Below, piece by piece: positions 52,316 to 60,735 of a stretch of DNA of 64,000 bases. The DNA is taken from NCBI GenBank assembly GCA_046483795.1, contig JAWOCM010000040.1, positions 1,803-65,802 of the forward strand, given 5' to 3'. The position numbers and the translations under genes were made by a program. The notes beneath the pieces were generated by a model, which worked only from the letters and a program-made list of their open reading frames with translations, was not told where the DNA came from and made no database searches. The stretch is from Desulfuromonadales bacterium (GTDB lineage Bacteria > Desulfobacterota > Desulfuromonadia > Desulfuromonadales > JAWOCM01). How positions within the stretch are numbered: the stretch's first letter is position 1; every line of letters begins with the position of its first letter.

Positions 52316-52341
52316 TCGGGCCATCAACTCTGGAGGCGGCA

Positions 52342-52950
52342 ATGAGTCCTTTGACCCCGAAACAGAAGAAGATTCTTGATTTCATCCAGTCCTTTATCGA
52401 CCGACATGAATATCCTCCGTCTCAGCAGGAGATCGCCCGGTTTTTCGGCTTCCGCTCCCTGGGGACGGTCCAGAATTACCTGGTGCGTCTGGAGCGGGAA
52501 GGGTTTCTGACGAGGGACTGGAATGCCCGGCGGGGAATGCGCATATCGCGGCCGAAGAAAAGCGCAACCGAACTTCCCCTCTCCGGTATCGTCGCTGCCG
52601 GTCAACCGATCGAGGCCGTTGAAAACCCTGATACCATCGAGGTTCCGCCTTCCATGGTGGGGGTCGGAGAGAATTTTGTCCTGAAGGTTCAGGGTGATTC
52701 GATGGTCGGAGATGGCATTCTGGACGGCGATTACGTGGTGGTCCGCAAACAATCGAGCGCCGACAGCGGTCAAACGGTGGTGGCAACGATCGAAAACGAA
52801 GCGACGGTCAAACGCCTTTATCGCAGGACAGAGCATATCGAACTGCATCCCGCCAATCCGGCGATGGAACCGATTCTGGTCGAGTCCGAAACCAGTTTTC
52901 GCATCGAAGGAGTCGTCGTCGGGGTTATCCGTCATTGTCTCAAGTCGTAA
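52342..52950 (+). CDS. lexA: LexA repressor (cleavable)
   Basis: LTPKQ..ILDFI, YPPS..EIA; VAAGQP cleavage site; GDSM (Ser); ATVKR (Lys). Confidence 0.95.
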   Translation: MSPLTPKQKKILDFIQSFIDRHEYPPSQQEIARFFGFRSLGTVQNYLVRLEREGFLTRDWNARRGMRISRPKKSATELPLSGIVAAGQPIEAVENPDTIEVPPSMVGVGENFVLKVQGDSMVGDGILDGDYVVVRKQSSADSGQTVVATIENEATVKRLYRRTEHIELHPANPAMEPILVESETSFRIEGVVVGVIRHCLKS

Positions 52951-52952
52951 GT

Positions 52953-54122
52953 ATGGAACGAGATATAGTGCACCTCTCCATACCAGCCTTTCCCGTGGCT
53001 CTGGCCCGAGTGGCAGACCCCCTGTTGCGGGAGCGACCTGTCGCCGTCGTGCCCGGTCATTCCGACCGCGCCCTGCTTCAGTCCGTATCCCGTGAAGCCC
53101 GAAGCGACGGCGTAGCCGAAGGAATGCCCGTCTATCGTGCTCGCCGTCTTTGTCCCGCCCTGATTCTTCTGCCGCCCGATCCCGAACTGATGGCCAGAGG
53201 CACCCGGAGTCTGCTGGAGATTACCGGCAACTACAGCCCGGTATCCGAACCCGCCTCACAGGGACGCCTCTTTCTTGATATGACCGGGTGCCGCCGTCTG
53301 TTCGGCCCTGCACGGGACCTCGCTGCTCGACTGGACAAAGAACTCGCCGCCCGTCTCCGACTTCAGGGCACGATCGGAGTCGCCGGGAACAAACTGGTGT
53401 CCCGCATCGCCTCCGGTTACCTGGACAATCCCGGCGTCTGCGATGTTCTGAGAGGCTCAGAGAGAAGTTTCATCGCTCCGCTGCCGGTGACTGTTCTTCC
53501 GGGCGTCGGTCATTCCCGCAAAGCGGTCCTGATGCAGGATCTCAATCTGCAGCGGGTCGAAGAGGTGGCAGAGCTCTCTATCGCCCAGCTTCGTCTGGCT
53601 TTCGGTCCTTTTGCTCCGCTGCTGCTTCAAAGAGCCTCCGGTTTTGATCCCTCCCCTGTGCACCCCCCCAAACGTATCCCCGAAGTGAGCGAAGAGTCGT
53701 TTCTCGATGAAGAAGAGAACGACGATCAACTCCTGCTCGCCGAGTTATGCCGCCTGGTTGAGGGATGCGGTCTGAGACTGCGAAGAACGGGCAAGGGCGC
53801 CGGCCGGCTGGCCCTGACCGTCAATTATGCCGACGGGGTCGCCGAGCAGCGCGTCTCCACTCTTCCGGCTGCCGTAAATCACGACCTGCTTATTTTCGAG
53901 GTCGCCGAAGAACTGTTCCGCAAGGCCTGTCAGCGACGGGTCCGCGTCAAGGGGCTGAAACTGGTGTGTTCCAGGTTTGCCATCGAAAATCGTCAGATGG
54001 ATCTTTTTGACGATCCGGAGGCTTTGCCACTGCGCCAGGATGCCTTGCAGGGAGCGTTGGACCGGTTGCGCGAAAAACATGGAATGGATTCCGTCCGGTG
54101 GGGACGGACATTTCCCTCATGA
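52953..54122 (+). CDS. Catalytically inactive Y-family polymerase homolog (ImuB-like)
   Basis: DinB fold motifs (PVAV, SREAR..GV..GMP..ARRLCP, NKLVSRIAS, LPGVG), but the catalytic acids are lost (HLSIPAF; SQGR); QMDLF clamp motif. Confidence 0.85.
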   Translation: MERDIVHLSIPAFPVALARVADPLLRERPVAVVPGHSDRALLQSVSREARSDGVAEGMPVYRARRLCPALILLPPDPELMARGTRSLLEITGNYSPVSEPASQGRLFLDMTGCRRLFGPARDLAARLDKELAARLRLQGTIGVAGNKLVSRIASGYLDNPGVCDVLRGSERSFIAPLPVTVLPGVGHSRKAVLMQDLNLQRVEEVAELSIAQLRLAFGPFAPLLLQRASGFDPSPVHPPKRIPEVSEESFLDEEENDDQLLLAELCRLVEGCGLRLRRTGKGAGRLALTVNYADGVAEQRVSTLPAAVNHDLLIFEVAEELFRKACQRRVRVKGLKLVCSRFAIENRQMDLFDDPEALPLRQDALQGALDRLREKHGMDSVRWGRTFPS

Positions 54123-57100
54123 GCGGTTACGTCCCCTTGCACGTTCATTCCTCCTTCTCCCCCCAATGGGGGGTCCGATCCCTGGAGGAGATCTGCGCCG
54201 CCGTCCGGGCGCATGGGGCAAAGCGCCTCGCCCTGACAGATCGCAACGGCCTGTACGGAATCCCGCATTTCCTGGAAACAGCCAGAGACCACGGACTGGA
54301 GCCGATAATCGGCGCCGAAGCGCTTCATGGCGGACATCGAGCCGTGCTGCTTGTCCGTGACGAGAAGGGCTACGCCAACCTCTGCCGTCTTCTTTCCGAT
54401 CTTCACGGCTGCAGCGGCTTCAATCTAGCTGAGAGCCTCGTCACGTACTGCCACGGCCTTACAGTCCTCTCCGACGACCCTGCCGTTCTGCAGTCTGTGC
54501 AAAGCCGATCCGGCAAAGATGTTTTCGTCGAACTCTCGCCCGGCCACGGGATGCAAAGAGCTTTGGCTCTGTCGCGGGAGCTTCAACTGCCGCCGGTGGC
54601 GACCACACGAACGGTCTTTCTTGAGCCGGACGATTACGAACTGCACCGCGTGATCCGGGCCATCGCCCTGAATACAAAAATCTCAAGGCTTTGCGCCGAG
54701 GATACGGCTTGCGCCAAGGATCGTCTGCTGTCGCCGCAGCAACTCCGGGATCTTTTTCCCCATTGTCCCCAGGCGCTCGATAATACGGTTCGCATCGGTG
54801 CGCAGTGTAAAACCGACTGGGACTTCTCCGACACCGTTTTCCCCGCCTACCAGGGATTGTCCGTCAGCAAGGCGGATGAAGAGCTGGAGAGGCGCAGCCG
54901 GGAGGGCGTGCAGTGGCGCTACGGCGGAACCGACGAACGGGTGGAGGCCAGGCTCGGGAAAGAGCTGGCGATCATCCGCGAGAAGGGCTTCGCCCACTAC
55001 TTCCTGGTGGTGGAGGAGATTGCCAGACAGTCTCCGCGCACCTGCGGACGGGGAAGCGCCGCAGCGTCCCTTGTTGCCTACTGTCTGGGGATCACCCATG
55101 TCGATCCCATTCGCCACAACCTTTTTTTCGAGCGTTTTCTCAATCCCGGGCGGGTCGATCCTCCCGACATCGACATCGATTTCCCCTGGGACGAACGCGA
55201 TGCTGTCCTCGATTTTGCTTTCTCGCGATACGGCGACCGCCGCGCAGCAATGGTCGCCAACCAGATCGGCTTCAAGGGCAGGGCGGCCGTGCGCGAAGTC
55301 GCCAAGGTCTATGGCATGCCAGCGGCTCAAATCAAGTCGGTCACCTCCCGTATCTCGGGCAGCTGGAAGGCCAGTCAGACGGCAGGCGCAATCAAGCATC
55401 ATCCTCTCTTCCAGGGGGAGTCGCTCTCCGACGACTGGGCGACCATCCTGCGCGTCGCCGGTCGCCTGAAGGGGCAGCTTCGCCATCTCTCTTTGCACTG
55501 CGGCGGACTGGTCGTCGTGCCGGATGAGATCCGCCGCTACGTTCCGGTGGAAGTCTCCGCCAAAGGGCTTCCGGTCATCCAGTGGGAAAAGGACCAGACC
55601 GAAGCGGCCGGCCTGGTCAAGATCGACATCCTGGGCAACCGATCGCTGGCAGTCATCCGGGATGCTCTGGAAGCCGTTCGGAAGAATACCGGTCTGGAGA
55701 TCGATTATGCATCCTGGCAGCCGCTGGAGGATACCGGGACAAAAGATCTTCTGCATTCCGGAGAGACGATGGGGTGTTTCTACATCGAATCCCCGGCGAC
55801 GCGTCAACTGCTCAAGCGGATGTGGATCGCCAATCCGAGAGCGGAAGAGTGCGATCTGTTCGAGCATCTCGTCATGGCGTCCTCCATCATCCGTCCGGCC
55901 GCAAACGCCTTCATCCGCGAATTCGTGGCCCGTATGCGCGGCAAGAAGTGGGCGCCGCTCCATCCTCTGCTGGCAGAGGTGCTTGACGAAACCTACGGCA
56001 TCGCCATCTACCAGGAGCAGATCACACAGATGGCCATGGCCCTGGCCGACTTCTCGGCCTACGAGGGCGATCAGCTTCGCAAGATCATCAGCAAAAAGCA
56101 CAAGGAGAAGAAGCTGGCTGACTACCGGCAGATGTTCCTGTCGGGAGGACGGCAAAAAGGGATCGCGGACGAGATCCTGCAGACCATCTGGGAGCAGATC
56201 CTCTCCTTCGGCGGTTACTCCTTCTGCAAGCCGCATTCGGCCTCCTACGCCATGGTAAGCTGCAAGTCCGCCTGGCTCAAGGCCAACTACCCGGCCGAGT
56301 TCATGGCGGCGGTCATCTCCAACCAGGGCGGTTTCTACTCTCCGTTCGCCTATCTTTCCGAGGCAAGGCGCAAAGGACTGGAGGTTTTTCCTCCGGATAT
56401 CAACGACAGCGATTTGCCCTACACCGGAGCCGGAAGCGGATTGCGCGTCGGCCTGATGCAGATCCAGGGCCTCAGCACTCATGCCGTCAAAGAGCTTCTT
56501 CTGAAGCGGGAGCAGAAAGGGCCCTTTCTGGGGTTTAACGATTTTCTCGACAGAGTGAAAATGGCTCCCTCGGATGCACTCCTTCTGGTCAAGGCCGGAT
56601 GTTTCGACACCCTTGAGGGAATGCAGAGGCGCCCGGGTTTGATCTGGGAGCTGCTGGCCCGTCAACGGCGGTTTGACAGCAGCGGAAGCGGTCTGCTCTT
56701 CGAGTCGAACGATGCCCCTTTGCCGAACCCGGTATCTTACGATGACAAAACGATACTGCGCCAGGAGGTGGAGACGACGGGCATGCTGCTATGCTGCCAT
56801 CCCCTTGTGCTTCACCGGAAGGAAATCGCCCGATTGAAGCCGGTGCGGGCCGACCGGATGTCGGAATGGGTCGGACGCTATGTCAGCATGATCGGGTGGT
56901 GGGTGACGGGAAAGACGGTCCGGGACAAGAACGGCCGCCCCATGGAATTCGTCTCCTTCGAGGACACGAGCGCCATATACGATGTGACATTCTTTCCCCG
57001 GGCCTACGAGAGATTCTGCAGGAAGCTGACGCGCCACCGCCCCTACCTGCTCAAGGGGAAGATCGAAGAGGATTTCGGAGTGGCCACCCTGAACGTGGAA

Positions 57101-57139
57101 TGGGTCGGCTTTCTGGACGAAGAAAGAGCCGGCGGCTAA
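54119..57139 (+). CDS. dnaE2: Error-prone DNA polymerase III alpha (DnaE2/ImuC-type)
   Basis: LHVHSSFS, GRGSAAASLVAYCLGITHVDP, PDIDIDF, KIDILG, FCKPHS; ATGA overlap with the ImuB-like gene; lexA operon context. Confidence 0.85.
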   Translation: MSGYVPLHVHSSFSPQWGVRSLEEICAAVRAHGAKRLALTDRNGLYGIPHFLETARDHGLEPIIGAEALHGGHRAVLLVRDEKGYANLCRLLSDLHGCSGFNLAESLVTYCHGLTVLSDDPAVLQSVQSRSGKDVFVELSPGHGMQRALALSRELQLPPVATTRTVFLEPDDYELHRVIRAIALNTKISRLCAEDTACAKDRLLSPQQLRDLFPHCPQALDNTVRIGAQCKTDWDFSDTVFPAYQGLSVSKADEELERRSREGVQWRYGGTDERVEARLGKELAIIREKGFAHYFLVVEEIARQSPRTCGRGSAAASLVAYCLGITHVDPIRHNLFFERFLNPGRVDPPDIDIDFPWDERDAVLDFAFSRYGDRRAAMVANQIGFKGRAAVREVAKVYGMPAAQIKSVTSRISGSWKASQTAGAIKHHPLFQGESLSDDWATILRVAGRLKGQLRHLSLHCGGLVVVPDEIRRYVPVEVSAKGLPVIQWEKDQTEAAGLVKIDILGNRSLAVIRDALEAVRKNTGLEIDYASWQPLEDTGTKDLLHSGETMGCFYIESPATRQLLKRMWIANPRAEECDLFEHLVMASSIIRPAANAFIREFVARMRGKKWAPLHPLLAEVLDETYGIAIYQEQITQMAMALADFSAYEGDQLRKIISKKHKEKKLADYRQMFLSGGRQKGIADEILQTIWEQILSFGGYSFCKPHSASYAMVSCKSAWLKANYPAEFMAAVISNQGGFYSPFAYLSEARRKGLEVFPPDINDSDLPYTGAGSGLRVGLMQIQGLSTHAVKELLLKREQKGPFLGFNDFLDRVKMAPSDALLLVKAGCFDTLEGMQRRPGLIWELLARQRRFDSSGSGLLFESNDAPLPNPVSYDDKTILRQEVETTGMLLCCHPLVLHRKEIARLKPVRADRMSEWVGRYVSMIGWWVTGKTVRDKNGRPMEFVSFEDTSAIYDVTFFPRAYERFCRKLTRHRPYLLKGKIEEDFGVATLNVEWVGFLDEERAGG

Positions 57140-58566
57140 CCGGTTCCGATGTTGTACTGCGGTCGGGAGAGGTCCAGCAGGTCGGCATCGGAATCGTCCC
57201 GGCTATCCAAAAAACGGCTCAGGATCTTATAGCTGTCGAGGTCGAAAGGCAACGGGGAAGGGCAGGAGAGGATCTCCCGAAGGCGATCTTCGCTGTCGGC
57301 CGTTCCGAGATGACACCAGCGGTCGAAAACATGGATGTCGGTCCTGTCATCCTTCGGGGACCGCTCCCGGATACCCACCGGCCCCGAAAAAGGCCAGGAA
57401 CGCATTTTCAGAGCGGCGAGGGCATTGACCAGCCTGGCCTCGTGCAGAGGCAGCGGCTCTTTGCCGACGCAGGCTCCCCGGCATTTTTTGATCTGGTAAT
57501 TGAAGCACGCCCCGGCGCCTTTGTCCAGGCCGAGCACACGATTGCAAAGTCCCTGATCCTGAATGATAGCCCGCAGACCCTCTTCAGCCTTGCGCCGGGA
57601 ACGGAACAGGCCGAAGAGACCTTCCAGGTCTTCACCGCAAAGCCCCCTGTGGGATACGATCTGCGGTTTTGACCCGTCATTTTTACCCGACACCAGCCGT
57701 ATTGAAAAAAGGTCCCGGGTGCGTCTGAGCCGGCGGTTGTGAATGGGCGTCATATCCTTGACCAGTCTTGCCTCCAGAAGCAGCGCCCCCAACTCTCCTG
57801 CCGTCTCTATAAAATCGATACGCCGGACTTGCTGAGAGAGGCGCATCCCCTTGTGGCCCCGATGGTCTTCGGAGAAATGCGAGTTGACCCTCGAGCGGAT
57901 GTCGATGCTTTTGCCGACATAGAGAATCGCATCGTTTTCGCCGTAGAAAAGGTAGACCCCCGCAGATGATGGAAGCTGCTCGATCTGTTCGGGGGGAAGG
58001 TGAGGAGGAAGACTTTGTTTCTTCAACTGTTTTTGAAGGGCCTTCTCAATGATGTCCGGAGACTGATCGAGGCGGACCTTTTCAAAAAACATCCAGGTCG
58101 CTCGTGCATCCCCCAACGCCCGGTGACGATCTTGAGCACTGAGACCGTGTCGCTCGATGAGCGTATCCAGGTTATGTCTGGAGTGCTGAGGATAGATCGT
58201 TCGGGAAAGCTTCAGGGTGCAAAGGGTTTTCTCCTGGAATGACATACCAAGGCGCCGGAATTCGCTTTTCAGAAAGCCGGTATCGAACCGGGCGTTATGG
58301 GCGATGAGAACTTTTCCGCAGAGCCTGTCGTACAGCTCGTCGGCGAGCTCTTCAAACCGTGGTGCCTCGGCAACCATGGTCGTGGAGATTCCGGTGAGTT
58401 GTTCGATGAAGGAGGAGATGGACTTGCCGGGGTTGACGAGTGTGGACCATTCCTCAACCAGTTCGCCGTTGAGAACTTCACAGAGACCGATCTCTGTGAT
58501 CCGGTCACGCGATGCGTTGGTGCCTGTGGTTTCAAGATCGATAAAAACGAGGCGGTCCGGGATCAT
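57136..58566 (-). CDS. DEDDh 3'-5' exonuclease (DnaQ-like) fused to a GIY-YIG/UvrC-like endonuclease
   Basis: IDLETTG, AHNARFD, HRALGDA; GVYLFY...LYVGKS..IRSRV..HF; four-Cys region C..CFNYQIKKCRGAC. Confidence 0.92.
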   Translation of the reverse strand: MIPDRLVFIDLETTGTNASRDRITEIGLCEVLNGELVEEWSTLVNPGKSISSFIEQLTGISTTMVAEAPRFEELADELYDRLCGKVLIAHNARFDTGFLKSEFRRLGMSFQEKTLCTLKLSRTIYPQHSRHNLDTLIERHGLSAQDRHRALGDARATWMFFEKVRLDQSPDIIEKALQKQLKKQSLPPHLPPEQIEQLPSSAGVYLFYGENDAILYVGKSIDIRSRVNSHFSEDHRGHKGMRLSQQVRRIDFIETAGELGALLLEARLVKDMTPIHNRRLRRTRDLFSIRLVSGKNDGSKPQIVSHRGLCGEDLEGLFGLFRSRRKAEEGLRAIIQDQGLCNRVLGLDKGAGACFNYQIKKCRGACVGKEPLPLHEARLVNALAALKMRSWPFSGPVGIRERSPKDDRTDIHVFDRWCHLGTADSEDRLREILSCPSPLPFDLDSYKILSRFLDSRDDSDADLLDLSRPQYNIGTG

Positions 58567-58860
58567 TCGGGAAAACCTTGCGAGAGAGGAATTATTGTGG
58601 GACCGAAAACCTCATTATAATAAAGGATTCCGACCCTTCCGGTCAACTTGACTCGGCCGGGTCGCAGAAAGACTTTTCTTTTACCACTCCTCTGTAACTC
58701 AGCAGGCTCCAGCGCTTCTTTTCTCTGCATGCCATGCTAGACTTTTAGGTATGCAAGCCGTTCCACATTGCTTTCTGGGTGGCACCCCTTTCATCCGGAC
58801 TTCCCGGTCTCTTCCGGAGGGAGAAACTGGATTCAAACTTATTAAGTCCAAGGAGAATGC

Positions 58861-59598
58861 ATGTTTGATGACCGCATCACGCTCTTTACCTTGTTCGGGT
58901 TCAAGGTCCAGGTCGATGCCAGCTGGATCGTCATCGCACTGCTTGTGACCTGGTCCCTGGCCACCGGCTATTTCCCCGGCAGTTATGAAGACCTTGCGCC
59001 CGGCAGTTATTGGCTCATGGGGATCGTCGGAGCGGCAGGCCTGTTCGCTTCGATCATTTTTCACGAGTTCTGGCATTCAGCGGTCGCCCGGCATTTCGGC
59101 CTGCCCATGAAAGGGATCACCTTGTTCATTTTCGGCGGCATCGCCGAGATGAGTCAGGAGCCGGATCGACCGAAAACCGAATTTCTTATGGCCGTCGCCG
59201 GGCCGGTGGCGAGTGTTTTGCTTGGGTTCGGTTTTTATGGCCTTCAGACTGTGACCCAGGCAGGGGGAGAACCCACCATACTGAGCGGTGTCTTCGGCTA
59301 TCTGGCTTTCATCAACTGGTTGCTTGCCGGGTTCAATATATTGCCGGCATTTCCCCTCGACGGCGGACGTATTCTTCGTTCCATTCTGTGGTCGATTCGA
59401 GATGATTTGATGTGGGCCACACGGGTTGTCTGTCGAATAGGCTCCGGCTTCGGCATCGCATTGATCGCCCTGGGAGTCATCACCATGCTGGGAGGGTACA
59501 TGATCAATGGAATCTGGTATGTCGTTATCGGTTTGTTCCTGCGCGGTGCGGCAACATCTTCCCGGCAGCGCCTCGAGAAACAGTTATCCGAGGAGTAG
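58861..59598 (+). CDS. Site-2 protease (M50) membrane metalloprotease
   Basis: FHEFWH, LFIFGG, AGP, FNILPAFPLDGGR; AAGGAG RBS. Confidence 0.93.
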   Translation: MFDDRITLFTLFGFKVQVDASWIVIALLVTWSLATGYFPGSYEDLAPGSYWLMGIVGAAGLFASIIFHEFWHSAVARHFGLPMKGITLFIFGGIAEMSQEPDRPKTEFLMAVAGPVASVLLGFGFYGLQTVTQAGGEPTILSGVFGYLAFINWLLAGFNILPAFPLDGGRILRSILWSIRDDLMWATRVVCRIGSGFGIALIALGVITMLGGYMINGIWYVVIGLFLRGAATSSRQRLEKQLSEE

Positions 59599-59731
59599 CG
59601 GACATTTTCGGCTGAACAACTTTTGCAACCAGCAGATGTTCTGATACGGTTTTGTTGAGAGATAAGATTGGAGAATCCTAGTATTTGTCTTCAAAGCAGA
59701 CGGAAAACCCAAATGACAGAGGAGTCTTATT

Positions 59732-60415
59732 ATGGCACCGACAAAAAGTGTTTTCAGGACAGATGAGGAAACGAAAACAGCAGTGGTCAATGAACTTCGC
59801 TGGGACAGCCGAATCGACGCCTCCAAGGTCTCTGTGGAGGTGAATGACGGGATTGTCCTGCTTACGGGTACGGTCCCGAGCTACGGGGCTCTCATTGCTG
59901 CCGGAACTGATGCCTGGAAAGTTGCGGGAGTTCAGGGTGTCGACAACCAGCTCACAGTCCGATTGCCTGATGTCCCGCCAATACCGAGCGACTCAACAAT
60001 ACAGAGCAATGCAGAGCGCACGCTGGAATGGAACCCCGATATCGATTCCGTCAACATCAGGATCTTCGTCAACGATGGACTTATTACACTGACCGGAACT
60101 GTCCCCAGCCACTGGGAAAAGACAAAGACGGAGGAACTCGTTGGCACCCTGGCCGGAGTGATTTCCGTTAAAAATGAATTGGCTGTGGTGCCCACAGAAA
60201 ATATCCCTGATGAAATGGTCGCAGAAGAAATAGTCGATGCGCTGAATCGCAGCGTCCTTGTAGAAGCCGAAAAAATAGATGTCACCGTCAATCGGGGGAT
60301 AGTGACACTCAGGGGCACGGTACCGACAGCGGCTGCCCGTCTTGCAGCCTATCGAGCGGCAAGTCACACGGCGGGCGTCGTGAGTGTGGAGGACGACCTC
60401 ATCGTTGGGCCGTAA
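59732..60415 (+). CDS. Triple BON-domain protein
   Basis: Three repeats of V.V.DG.V.LTGTVP...GV..V.N/D.L.V; GAGGAG RBS. Confidence 0.92.
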   Translation: MAPTKSVFRTDEETKTAVVNELRWDSRIDASKVSVEVNDGIVLLTGTVPSYGALIAAGTDAWKVAGVQGVDNQLTVRLPDVPPIPSDSTIQSNAERTLEWNPDIDSVNIRIFVNDGLITLTGTVPSHWEKTKTEELVGTLAGVISVKNELAVVPTENIPDEMVAEEIVDALNRSVLVEAEKIDVTVNRGIVTLRGTVPTAAARLAAYRAASHTAGVVSVEDDLIVGP

Positions 60416-60418
60416 AAG

Positions 60419-60454
60419 AAAAGAGCCCGCAATCAGATGATTGCGGGCTCTTTT
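60419..60454. terminator. Bidirectional intrinsic terminator
   Basis: AAAAGAGCCCGCAATCA-GA-TGATTGCGGGCTCTTTT. Confidence 0.88.
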
Positions 60455-60500
60455 AATTTTTCTCGAGCCCTTATTAAATTTACAGAAGCGATGCACTACC

Positions 60501-60520
60501 TTTCCTTTCCTTTCCTTTCC
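60501..60520. repeat. (TTTCC)4 tandem repeat
   Basis: Read directly from the sequence. Confidence 0.9.
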
Positions 60521-60570
60521 CAAAATCTTTTCCCAGAGATCCCAATCTCGGTTTCGGCCATAGTCAACCG

Positions 60571-60642
60571 AAAATATATTTTTAAAATATATTTCCCCCC
60601 TTTAAGTATTTCTTGACAATTAAAATATATTTGATAAATAAT
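60571..60642 (+). promoter_or_regulatory. Three AAAATATATTT palindromes around a TTGACA promoter (putative autoregulatory operators)
   Basis: Boxes at 60571-60582, 60584-60594 and 60622-60632; TTGACA 60613-60618; AATAAT 60637-60642. Confidence 0.65.
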
Positions 60643-60735
60643 TAAATCGAAATGAAATAAGCTTCATCCGGCAATTCGCCTTCATAAACGAAACGGCTAC
60701 CGGGGTAAGCCGACCGGAAGGCTGAGAGAGGACGT

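Noticed and set aside
60697-60730. GGGGTAAGCC...GGCTGAGA resembles the 5' half of a TPP riboswitch; ACCTAGATGCGG...TAAT..AGGG at 61415-61439 loosely resembles a 3' half
   Set aside because: The conserved ACCC/ACCTGAT/TAAT..GCG.AGG core does not follow the 5' part and the distal match is poor; probably coincidence. An Infernal RF00059 scan would settle it.
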